A DNA stretch of 25,744 nt from a virus (taxonomy: Duplodnaviria; Caudoviricetes), in IMG/VR virus record IMGVR_UViG_3300040985_002292, positions 1 through 25,744 of that record; one strand, written 5' to 3'. Shown one piece after another: positions 16,466 to 23,649 of the stretch; positions within the stretch are counted from its first letter, which is position 1, and each line of letters opens with the position of its first letter. The notes under the pieces are model-generated. The model searched no databases and was not told the DNA's origin. It worked only from the letters and a program-made list of their open reading frames with translations. A program made the position numbers and the translations under genes.

Positions 16466-17032
16466 TCACAGGCACCGGGCTTGCTTGCCCGTGAGGTACC
16501 CGCGGCGGGCCAGGAACTTCGACAGGTTCACGAGGAACGCAGAGTTCCCGTGACGGCGTCGGTAGTTGTTGATCAACACCGTGGCCTCCTCCCGGGCAAC
16601 GGTGGGTAGGATCTTGACGTGGGGCATGGCCAGAAGATCATCGAACGTCGTAGTGAGCTCGGCGGCGAGCGCCCGCGACCTGCAGATCAAGATCGAGTCG
16701 TGGTGGCCTGGCCCCTGGAAGTTGTAGGAGCCAACGCCGACGACCAGGCCGTCCACGACGAAGAACTTGTGGTGCATCGCGCCTACCGGCGGGGTCACCC
16801 TCCGGGTCCCTCCGCACTGGGCCCGGAGGTTCTCATCCGGGCATGTGGCTTCGTTCAGCACCACCTGCACCTTCTTCCCGTCGCGGATCAGCCGCTCCAG
16901 CCAGCCCACCAGAGAGCTACTGAGGGGGAGGTAGGAGGCGATGAGCACGCTCTTCTTGGCACCCCCGATGACCTCGCACACTCGCGAGTGCGGGTCTCCC
17001 GTCAACAGCTCTGCGGTAGTTCTGACGCTCAC
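16466..17032 (-). CDS. Phospholipase D-family (single HKD, Nuc-like) nuclease
   Basis: MHHKFFVVDG-x5-GSYNF; N-terminal AKKSVLIASY. Confidence 0.85.
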   Translation of the reverse strand: MSVRTTAELLTGDPHSRVCEVIGGAKKSVLIASYLPLSSSLVGWLERLIRDGKKVQVVLNEATCPDENLRAQCGGTRRVTPPVGAMHHKFFVVDGLVVGVGSYNFQGPGHHDSILICRSRALAAELTTTFDDLLAMPHVKILPTVAREEATVLINNYRRRHGNSAFLVNLSKFLARRGYLTGKQARCL

Positions 17033-17035
17033 GGT

Positions 17036-17061
17036 TCTCTCCTGAGTGTTGGTTGTTGGGG
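17036..17061 (-). repeat. 26-bp direct repeat, copy 2
   Basis: Identical to 16429-16454. Confidence 0.92.
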
Positions 17062-17074
17062 CATCTGTTGGCGC

Positions 17075-17581
17075 CTACCACTCGTAGGAGGGAAGGTCGT
17101 CGTATTGGTTGCCCGCCGAGTCGAACACCACGAACGACACGTCGTTCTTGACGGCCACGTCCATGAGGGGGCGGAACCACTCGGGGCATGGCCGCTCGTC
17201 CTCACCCGTGAGGTAGACGGTCCACCCATTCTCGTGCGGGTCGCAGCGTGGGTGGTCGTTGCCGAAGTCAAGGTGGGGTGGGTGTTCTGTGTCCGTCGGT
17301 TCAGGGATATGACTCGTGTTGAGGACCCAGGCTTTCTCCGTGGCGATGTTCACGACCTCGACCATGCTGACCATGGTGGCGACCACGGCGAAGTCCATCT
17401 CCGCCCCGAAGGTCTCGGGGAGCTCCTTGTACCCGAGGAGCTGTCCCCCACAGTAGCTCTGCCATTTGGCGAGGACCTGCTCGATGGTCGGCAACGGGTT
17501 GGGGTTCTCCCACCGGTTCTCGACCTCAACATCGACGGTGATGGTGACGCGCTTGACGTACTTCTCGTCCGGCTTGGCCAT
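17075..17581 (-). CDS. Hypothetical protein, C-terminus DUF5983-like
   Basis: LNTSHI and terminal VFDSAG...DDLPSYEW recalled as DUF5983-like; not verified. Confidence 0.55.
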   Translation of the reverse strand: MAKPDEKYVKRVTITVDVEVENRWENPNPLPTIEQVLAKWQSYCGGQLLGYKELPETFGAEMDFAVVATMVSMVEVVNIATEKAWVLNTSHIPEPTDTEHPPHLDFGNDHPRCDPHENGWTVYLTGEDERPCPEWFRPLMDVAVKNDVSFVVFDSAGNQYDDLPSYEW

Positions 17582-18774
17582 CAGTTCACCCCCGCCGCGA
17601 ACGGCCGGACGTGGATGAGCTCGCCCTGACGCTGCTGCAGACCGCGGGTCATGATGTCGGCCGCGATGTCTTCGAGGAGCTTCTGGCTGGAGAGGGCCTC
17701 CTTCTGGGCGAGCAGCGTGATGCCGTCGACCAGGCCCGCCAGGGTGCCGTACTCGGACGAGGTCGAGTCACGGAGCCCGTTCTCCTTCACGGCCTTCACC
17801 ACCCGGTCGGGCACCGCGGTCTTGCGGTTGCGGTTGAGGGCGTCGAAGAAGGCCTCGACCGGGGTCTCCTCGTCGGACGAGTGGCCCTCGCCCCACACGA
17901 AGCGGGTCCGGCCGGCGGTCTCGTACATGTCGACCGCCTCGCCCATGGCGCGGCGCAGGCCCACCAGCTCTTCGGGCAGCCGGTCAGCGACACGCTGCCG
18001 CATATCGCCAACGTGGGAGTACCGGGCGCGGGCGTAGTTCTCGAGCACCGACGCCATGCCGTTGGTGCAGATGAGCTTCCACAGCCGACCCCAGTAGCTC
18101 AGCGAGCGGTGGCCGGTCTCGCTGTTCCAGCACTCGATCACCTTCGTCGGCTTGCACAGCTCGATGGGCGAGTCGGCGAGACGCACCCGCATCGAGGTGT
18201 CGGTCATGTCCAGGCTGACCACCTGGCGGTCACCGCCGAAGTGGTCGATCGCCATGGCCAGCGCCTCGGTGTCGGCGAGCGGGACGTACCCCTCGCTCAC
18301 CACCGCTTCGAGCGTCCGCCGGGTGCTGCCGTCGGGGCTGGCGCGGAGCTTCGTGCGGAAGCGCAGCGGCTTGTCGATGCGCTGGGACCACGACCGGTAC
18401 ATGAGGTTGGCGGTCTCGGGGCTGCTCACCTCAGTGCCGCGCCACTTGTTGACGGAGTCCAGTCCCGCCGTCTGGGCGAGGGTCTTGCCGATGCCGGTGG
18501 GCTCCAGGTAGGAGGTCAGCTGGGTCCAGGCCGACTTGGCGACGGCCATCTGTACACCCTCGATGACGACGACAGCTTCCCGACGCTGTCCGTTCTGGAG
18601 GAACGCGAAGCCCACGTCCTTCAGGGGGAGCACGATGTCCTCCCGGGGCTGCGCCTCGGCGATGGTCGTGGCCAGCTGTGCCGCCTCGTCGAGGCGCATG
18701 GCGCTGCGGGACGTGGTGGTGAACATCTGCCGGGCGAGGGTCCGGTCGGTCTGGAAGAAGGTCGGTGCGGTCAT
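17581..18774 (-). CDS. DUF932-like phage/plasmid protein
   Basis: AVVSEGY and NSETG..SL...RLWKLICTNGM motifs. Confidence 0.72.
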   Translation of the reverse strand: MTAPTFFQTDRTLARQMFTTTSRSAMRLDEAAQLATTIAEAQPREDIVLPLKDVGFAFLQNGQRREAVVVIEGVQMAVAKSAWTQLTSYLEPTGIGKTLAQTAGLDSVNKWRGTEVSSPETANLMYRSWSQRIDKPLRFRTKLRASPDGSTRRTLEAVVSEGYVPLADTEALAMAIDHFGGDRQVVSLDMTDTSMRVRLADSPIELCKPTKVIECWNSETGHRSLSYWGRLWKLICTNGMASVLENYARARYSHVGDMRQRVADRLPEELVGLRRAMGEAVDMYETAGRTRFVWGEGHSSDEETPVEAFFDALNRNRKTAVPDRVVKAVKENGLRDSTSSEYGTLAGLVDGITLLAQKEALSSQKLLEDIAADIMTRGLQQRQGELIHVRPFAAGVN

Positions 18775-18884
18775 GAGTTTCTCCGGTTCTTGCGAAGGAT
18801 GGCGTCGACCAGGAAGCGGTCGGCGCAGGTGCGAAGGCGCAGGATGCGCAGCAGCTCGGTGGCGTTCAGGTTGGTACGGGTCAT
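18771..18884 (-). CDS. Short basic peptide (37 aa)
   Basis: ATG 18884 after GAGAGAG; stop overlaps the DUF932-like start (ATGA). Confidence 0.45.
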   Translation of the reverse strand: MTRTNLNATELLRILRLRTCADRFLVDAILRKNRRNS

Positions 18885-18891
18885 GTCTCTC

Positions 18892-19857
18892 TCACTTCGC
18901 GGCGATGGCCCGCGGAGTTGGGGTGAAGCGCTCCAGGTCTTTCGTGCGCCACAGCGCACGCTCGGCAGGAAGGTCCGTCCCGAGAAGAACCTCGGGGTCG
19001 AACCGCACGACGAAGCCGGTCGCGTCGTGCTTGATCTTGTGGCCCTTGGCAGCCAGCACCACCCAGCCCCCGACCTTGGGGTCGAGGAAGCGGAGGTCGT
19101 GCTCGTCACCGGGCAGGGTCGGGCGGCCGGCGAACGTGCCACGCTCAACCAACGCAGCCGCGACGGCCTTGTGGGTCTTGCGCACCGTGCCCGGCGGGCC
19201 GCCCACCACCAGGGCAGTGTTGACCCCCGCCGCCGCCCAGTCGAGCGAGCGCCGCAGCGACTGCTCTCGCTCGTCGAGGCTGAAGGTCAGGTGCCAACCG
19301 CTGTCGATGGCGGCCATTGCGTCGGGGGTCAGCGGCCGCTTGGTGTAGTCGTACGCCCGCCCCGGCACCTCCCGGTCGATGCCCCACGACGGTCGCCAGA
19401 AGGCGTGGTCGCTGGTCCCGTCGAGACGGAAGCAGGGCAGCAGCCCGCGGGCGAACGCCTTGCCGGCATGGGCCAGGAGCTCTCCGTTGAACGCGCGGGC
19501 GGTCAGCTCGGGGAAGAGGAAGAGCCGCGCCGTCCGCCGGATGCGGCAGAGCGTGTGGGTGGGGTAGATCATCTGCCCCGTCGTGCGGATGCAGGTCGCC
19601 GTGCACCCGGGGCTGGCGAAGGCGCACGAGGTGTAGCCCTCGATGCCCGACTCGGTCGCGGCGGCCTGGTAGCTCACAGCGGTGAGCCAGCCCACACTCT
19701 CGCCCATCATACACTTGTGTGATGAGCCCAGCATGGACGCGTAGTTCCCGGCGGGGGTGGACGACAGCGCGGAGTAGAGCCGCTCGGCCGGGAGGTCTGG
19801 GTCGATGCCCAGAGTGAGTAGCGCCGGCGTGGCGCGCTTGAGGTGGTGTGGATTCAT
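18892..19857 (-). CDS. Conserved phage protein, GP88-related, putative Fe-S binding
   Basis: Cx6Cx3C (CAFASPGCTATC), RLDGTSD, YDYTK, HLTFS, GDEHDLRFLD. Start ATG 19857 after AGGAG. Confidence 0.65.
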   Translation of the reverse strand: MNPHHLKRATPALLTLGIDPDLPAERLYSALSSTPAGNYASMLGSSHKCMMGESVGWLTAVSYQAAATESGIEGYTSCAFASPGCTATCIRTTGQMIYPTHTLCRIRRTARLFLFPELTARAFNGELLAHAGKAFARGLLPCFRLDGTSDHAFWRPSWGIDREVPGRAYDYTKRPLTPDAMAAIDSGWHLTFSLDEREQSLRRSLDWAAAGVNTALVVGGPPGTVRKTHKAVAAALVERGTFAGRPTLPGDEHDLRFLDPKVGGWVVLAAKGHKIKHDATGFVVRFDPEVLLGTDLPAERALWRTKDLERFTPTPRAIAAK

Positions 19858-19894
19858 GCGCTCTCCTGCGGTGTCACGACGCGTGTCGTGGTGT

Positions 19895-19923
19895 AGTGTA
19901 GTGTACTGCGCCCCAATAAGCAA
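19895..19923 (-). promoter_or_regulatory. Sigma70-type promoter
   Basis: TTGCTT (19923-19918), 17-nt spacer, TACACT (19900-19895). Confidence 0.7.
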
Positions 19924-19945
19924 GGCGCCGACTCTCGCCGGCGCC
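19915..19945 (-). terminator. Intrinsic terminator
   Basis: GGCGCCGGC-GAGA-GTCGGCGCC (9-bp stem with one G-U, GNRA loop) followed by TTGCTTATT. Confidence 0.75.
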
Positions 19946-19989
19946 CTGTCTGATCGAGGCCTCTCACTCTTGTGGTCGGTGGCCGGGGC

Positions 19990-20142
19990 TCAGCCCGCGC
20001 TGATGGCGCCGCCAACGGCAGCAGCCAGGGCGAAGGCGATGACCGGCAGGATGCTGAGGAGGAGGCTGAAGACGAACGCAGCGATGCTGAACTTGGTGAT
20101 GGTCGTCAACCACTGGGCGATGGTGATTTTGGCAGGGTTCAT
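19990..20142 (-). CDS. Small hydrophobic membrane protein (50 aa)
   Basis: Below the ORF-track cutoff. MNPAKITIAQWLTTITKFSIAAFVFSLLLSILPVIAFALAAAVGGAISAG; AGAGAG RBS. Confidence 0.65.
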   Translation of the reverse strand: MNPAKITIAQWLTTITKFSIAAFVFSLLLSILPVIAFALAAAVGGAISAG

Positions 20143-20161
20143 GTTGCTCTCTTGCCTGGGC

Positions 20162-20578
20162 TCAGGCGTTGGTGGTGTTCTTGTCGATGCGGCGGAGGGG
20201 GCGTTTCCAGAGAAGCCACGGGCTCTCGTCGTTCACCACGGCAATGCCGACAATCTCCCATGGGCCGAGCACTTCCCATGACGGGCCAGTCTCGGGGCTG
20301 ATCTGGTCCGGGTGTTCTTCGCGCCCGCCGGTGAACACCTGCCACCGGGCCACCGTCGGCGCCGCAACGGGGGCGGCTGCGTCCCAGAGGGCGGAGACTT
20401 CTTCGGGGGACTGGTCGACGTGGACCCACCCGTCCGAGGCGAGAACGTAAGTCCCCTCCGGGCTGTATGGGATGAGCGTCGTGGGCGGCTCGAACCGCCG
20501 GAACTCGAACTCCGTGACGGCTCGTACAGCCGGCTTGCCGTGGATGGTGAGGTGGAGGGAACGGGTCTCGGCGCTCAT
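20162..20578 (-). CDS. Hypothetical protein
   Basis: ATG 20578 overlaps the upstream stop; 138 aa. Confidence 0.6.
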   Translation of the reverse strand: MSAETRSLHLTIHGKPAVRAVTEFEFRRFEPPTTLIPYSPEGTYVLASDGWVHVDQSPEEVSALWDAAAPVAAPTVARWQVFTGGREEHPDQISPETGPSWEVLGPWEIVGIAVVNDESPWLLWKRPLRRIDKNTTNA

Positions 20579-21006
20579 GCCGGCTCCAGGTCGTCGGTGA
20601 TGTTGTCGTTGGGGTCTGTGATGAGCAGGCCCATGTCGGTGAGGGTCTCCATGATGTCTGAGAGGGCCTGGCCTCCCACCTCCTGGCCGTCCACCAGCTG
20701 GTGGATGCGGGCAAGGGCGTCGACACACTCCAGCGCGGTGAAGGGCCCACGGCTGGGCTCCTTCGTGCGGTGGCCGAAGTTGTAGGTCGGCACCGCTACC
20801 GCGCTCAGGTCGACGGTCACGACCAACGGCTGGCCCGGGTTGGCGCGAGAGAGGTCAACCCGGGCGCCGTCCTTGTCTCCCTCGTTGAGGGGCGACACCG
20901 TGAGCACGATGAACTGCTCGCCCGCCCCGATTGTGGCGGTGCGGTCATCGCCGTTGAAGCGCCGGTCGAAGGCGGCGCGGCGGGGCTTGATGAACGGGCT
21001 GGTCAC
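20575..21006 (-). CDS. Hypothetical protein
   Basis: GTG 21006 overlaps the upstream stop; 143 aa. Confidence 0.6.
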   Translation of the reverse strand: MTSPFIKPRRAAFDRRFNGDDRTATIGAGEQFIVLTVSPLNEGDKDGARVDLSRANPGQPLVVTVDLSAVAVPTYNFGHRTKEPSRGPFTALECVDALARIHQLVDGQEVGGQALSDIMETLTDMGLLITDPNDNITDDLEPA

Positions 21007-21425
21007 TTGGGGCCTTCCTTGGTGTCTGTGTCGAGAATGAAGTCGATGAGCGACTTCGGGTCCATGTTCACCATCGACGACGAGAGCGTGCAGATGCTCC
21101 CGTCGTACCGCCAGGCAACCTTGATGTTGCTGCCCATGTCCCACATCGCAGACATGACGGAGTCGGCCGCCCCGTACAGGAGCGACACCTGCCGGTAGAG
21201 CCCCGTGCAGACCTGGACGTCTGCGCTGCGGAGCTCGCCGCCCATGCTGCGACCGCGGTAGACGCGAACGTCGCCGCGGGTGGACGGCACGTCCGACGCC
21301 GGGCAGGACTGGGAGGTGACGCCCGGCTCCAGCGCCTTGACGGTGCAGGACGTGGCGGTCTCGACTACCGCGCTTGGTGCGATGATGGTCATGAGGGCGA
21401 CGACGCTGATGGTGGTGGCGCTCAT
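21003..21425 (-). CDS. Hypothetical protein, possible signal peptide
   Basis: Hydrophobic N-terminus, several Cys; GAGGAGG RBS. Confidence 0.55.
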   Translation of the reverse strand: MSATTISVVALMTIIAPSAVVETATSCTVKALEPGVTSQSCPASDVPSTRGDVRVYRGRSMGGELRSADVQVCTGLYRQVSLLYGAADSVMSAMWDMGSNIKVAWRYDGSICTLSSSMVNMDPKSLIDFILDTDTKEGPK

Positions 21426-22051
21426 GACCCCTCCTCTTCGGGCCAGTCGACCCCGACGTTGACGAACGTGATCTCGTCGGGCTCTCCGGTCAGGCTGCCG
21501 ACCTCACTCTGCTCGACGAAGACGTCGGGGCTGTGGCCCCCCGGGGACGGTCGGAGCCAGACCTCCTGGGTCTTCGCGACCCCGCCGTCAGCGCGCCGAG
21601 AGCGCACGGTGTAGCCGATGCGGTCGGCCACGACCCACGGAGCGAAGGTGATGCTTCCGCCATCAGGCACGCCTTCCTCGAAGTCCCGCGCCGGGATGGT
21701 GATGAGGGTGGTCCCGGGGGGCTTGACGGGCCCGACGCAAGCGGTGCCGTCGTCGAAGTCGACGCGCTCCCCGCCGTCGCGCAGGTCCTGGGCCAGCGTC
21801 TCCGCCGCCTCCGTGAGCAGGTCGAGCATCTGGCTCGGGTCGGCCCACGTCTCAAGGTGAAAGGACAGCACCATGGTCGGCGTCGGCGGGTCCAGTTCGT
21901 CGGCGTACCGCCGCATCTGGCCCATCACGGGGTCGATGGCTTGCGCTTCAATCTCCTCGAAGGGGGTGGTCTTGAGCAGGTGGTGCCACTCACGAAGAGT
22001 GGCAGCCATCTTGGCTCGGTCGAGCGGCTTGGTGTCGGTATCGGGGGGCAT
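21422..22051 (-). CDS. Hypothetical protein
   Basis: 209 aa; N-terminus similar to that of 22346-22744. Confidence 0.65.
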   Translation of the reverse strand: MPPDTDTKPLDRAKMAATLREWHHLLKTTPFEEIEAQAIDPVMGQMRRYADELDPPTPTMVLSFHLETWADPSQMLDLLTEAAETLAQDLRDGGERVDFDDGTACVGPVKPPGTTLITIPARDFEEGVPDGGSITFAPWVVADRIGYTVRSRRADGGVAKTQEVWLRPSPGGHSPDVFVEQSEVGSLTGEPDEITFVNVGVDWPEEEGS

Positions 22052-22052
22052 G

Positions 22053-22346
22053 TCAGTCGTCCTTGTGGTTCAAGAGAACTTCGCAGGAGCAGCACTGGTA
22101 GGTGAAGTCACCCTCGTAGGTGGGGTGCTCAACACCGTCCGTGAGCATGATGCCCAGGTCACCGACGTCGATGCTGAGGGCCAGCCAGCCTGGCCACTCG
22201 TCGCCGTCGAGTCCCACGTCTTCGAGGTCCTCGGCGCAGCTGGCGCACAGGTCGAAGGTGTCGCTGCCCTGGCCAGCGTCCTCGTAGAGGCCGTTGATGA
22301 TGGCGTCGTCGTCCTCGTTGGAGGCCATCACTTGGAGGCGGGGCAT
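22053..22346 (-). CDS. Very acidic Zn-binding small protein
   Basis: CASC and CCSC; about 24 D/E versus 2 K/R in 97 aa. Confidence 0.65.
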   Translation of the reverse strand: MPRLQVMASNEDDDAIINGLYEDAGQGSDTFDLCASCAEDLEDVGLDGDEWPGWLALSIDVGDLGIMLTDGVEHPTYEGDFTYQCCSCEVLLNHKDD

Positions 22347-22744
22347 CAGGTCTCCTTCTTGACGGTGATGACGAGCATGTCGCCGTCGACGACGGGGACG
22401 AGCTTGCCTTGAGCGATGTCCAAGAGGGCAGCGCCGGGGACGTGGGGGATCAAGGAGGCCAGCAGGTAGAGGCGCGCCGCCTCAGTCTTGGCTTGCTTGT
22501 TGTGCGAGCGGTGGTCCATCGCCATGGCCCAACGGAACACGCCCGGCGTGTGGATGAGGGGTGTGCTCTGCACCTGGTAGACCTGGGTGGTCGGGGCGGG
22601 CTCGGCCTCCTCGCGCTCGAGGTCAGCGGCGACATCCTTCATGCCGGCGATAACGCCTCGCATTGCGGACAGGGAGTGCGAGCCCCCGTCGTCCAGGGCG
22701 ATGACCCACTCGCGAAGTTGCTCGGCCATGGTTGCGTTGTTCAT
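22346..22744 (-). CDS. Hypothetical protein
   Basis: 132 aa, coupled to neighbours. Confidence 0.65.
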   Translation of the reverse strand: MNNATMAEQLREWVIALDDGGSHSLSAMRGVIAGMKDVAADLEREEAEPAPTTQVYQVQSTPLIHTPGVFRWAMAMDHRSHNKQAKTEAARLYLLASLIPHVPGAALLDIAQGKLVPVVDGDMLVITVKKET

Positions 22745-23088
22745 GAGGTCACCGCCTTCAGGTGGGGGTTGTGGTCGAAGCAGAATTTGACGGTGTTCTC
22801 AAGCGCAGCCTCAGCCGCGGCGACAGCCTTGCGCCGGGCTCCTGCCGTGTTGGACTTCGTCTCGTGGACGAAGCGCCGGACCCCTTCGCGGGGGTTGTAC
22901 TTCGTGAACCGCCCGTCATAGCTACACGGCTGGACGTGCAGGGTGTAGCCGCGGGGGGCAGTGTTCCCGTGGGTGTTGGAGTATCCGCCGAGGTCGTAGG
23001 AGACCTTGATGTCGAGGCTCGTGACGGGCTCGTCGCCGCCGCGGGTGTCCTCGACGGGGATGGAGTCGAAGGCGCAGATGGTGGGCAT
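22741..23088 (-). CDS. Hypothetical phage protein
   Basis: ATG 23088 after GAGAGGA; 115 aa; VSYDLGG...RGYTLHVQP. Confidence 0.7.
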   Translation of the reverse strand: MPTICAFDSIPVEDTRGGDEPVTSLDIKVSYDLGGYSNTHGNTAPRGYTLHVQPCSYDGRFTKYNPREGVRRFVHETKSNTAGARRKAVAAAEAALENTVKFCFDHNPHLKAVTS

Positions 23089-23112
23089 GGTGTTGTCCTC
23101 TCTCGTGAAGAA

Positions 23113-23163
23113 GCCCATCGACGACAGCCCACCGAGAGACGGTGGTGGACTGCCGTGACGGGC
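23113..23163 (-). other. Long imperfect RNA hairpin (processing site or terminator)
   Basis: About 20 bp of pairing including G-U pairs on the minus-strand transcript, followed by TTCTTC. Confidence 0.6.
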
Positions 23164-23190
23164 CAAGGTTGTTGTGTTGGGTGGAGGGGC

Positions 23191-23649
23191 TCAGCGCCCC
23201 CAGTTGTCGCTGCTCTTGTACGGTCGGCCGCGGGTGGTCTCGAAGCCGTCCTGGTCCATGTCGTGGCACCAGCGGAGCTCGTACTTGTGGAGGAACGCGC
23301 CGACCTCGCCGCTGGTGCTGCCGGGGCCGTCGAACAGTTCGTGCAGCGCAGCCGCGTGGACGCGGTCGAGCTTGTAGCAGTAGAAGTTCCCCCGGATGGG
23401 GCGCCCCTCTCGGATGATGCCCACGCCCTGTACGATGCAGTAGACGTAGTCGGGGTGGGTCTCGGGAAGGTCGGGGAGCGGGGACGGGTTGGCCTCATCA
23501 TCGAGACCCAGGTACTTGCGCGCCATGTCGTCGGAGTAGTCGCCGACGTAGCGGCCGCCGCTGTCGAGGATGCGTTCGCCGTTCACGGTGTTGCCGCTGG
23601 CATCCTCGTACTGGTTGGTCAGGCTCTCATGTTTGTGGGGCTCAGCCAT
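23191..23649 (-). CDS. Hypothetical protein
   Basis: ATG 23649 after GAGGAG; 152 aa; overlaps the ComM stop. Confidence 0.65.
   Translation of the reverse strand: MAEPHKHESLTNQYEDASGNTVNGERILDSGGRYVGDYSDDMARKYLGLDDEANPSPLPDLPETHPDYVYCIVQGVGIIREGRPIRGNFYCYKLDRVHAAALHELFDGPGSTSGEVGAFLHKYELRWCHDMDQDGFETTRGRPYKSSDNWGR

Noticed and set aside
16429-17061. 26-bp repeats as att sites or an IS target duplication
   Set aside because: No integrase or transposase in the window, and the repeat is the translation-initiation region itself.
17611-19722. 703-aa plus-strand ORF and other long plus-strand ORFs (e.g. 14565-15863, 23570-24754, 768-1592)
   Set aside because: Antisense shadows of GC3-rich minus-strand genes; no motifs or RBS.
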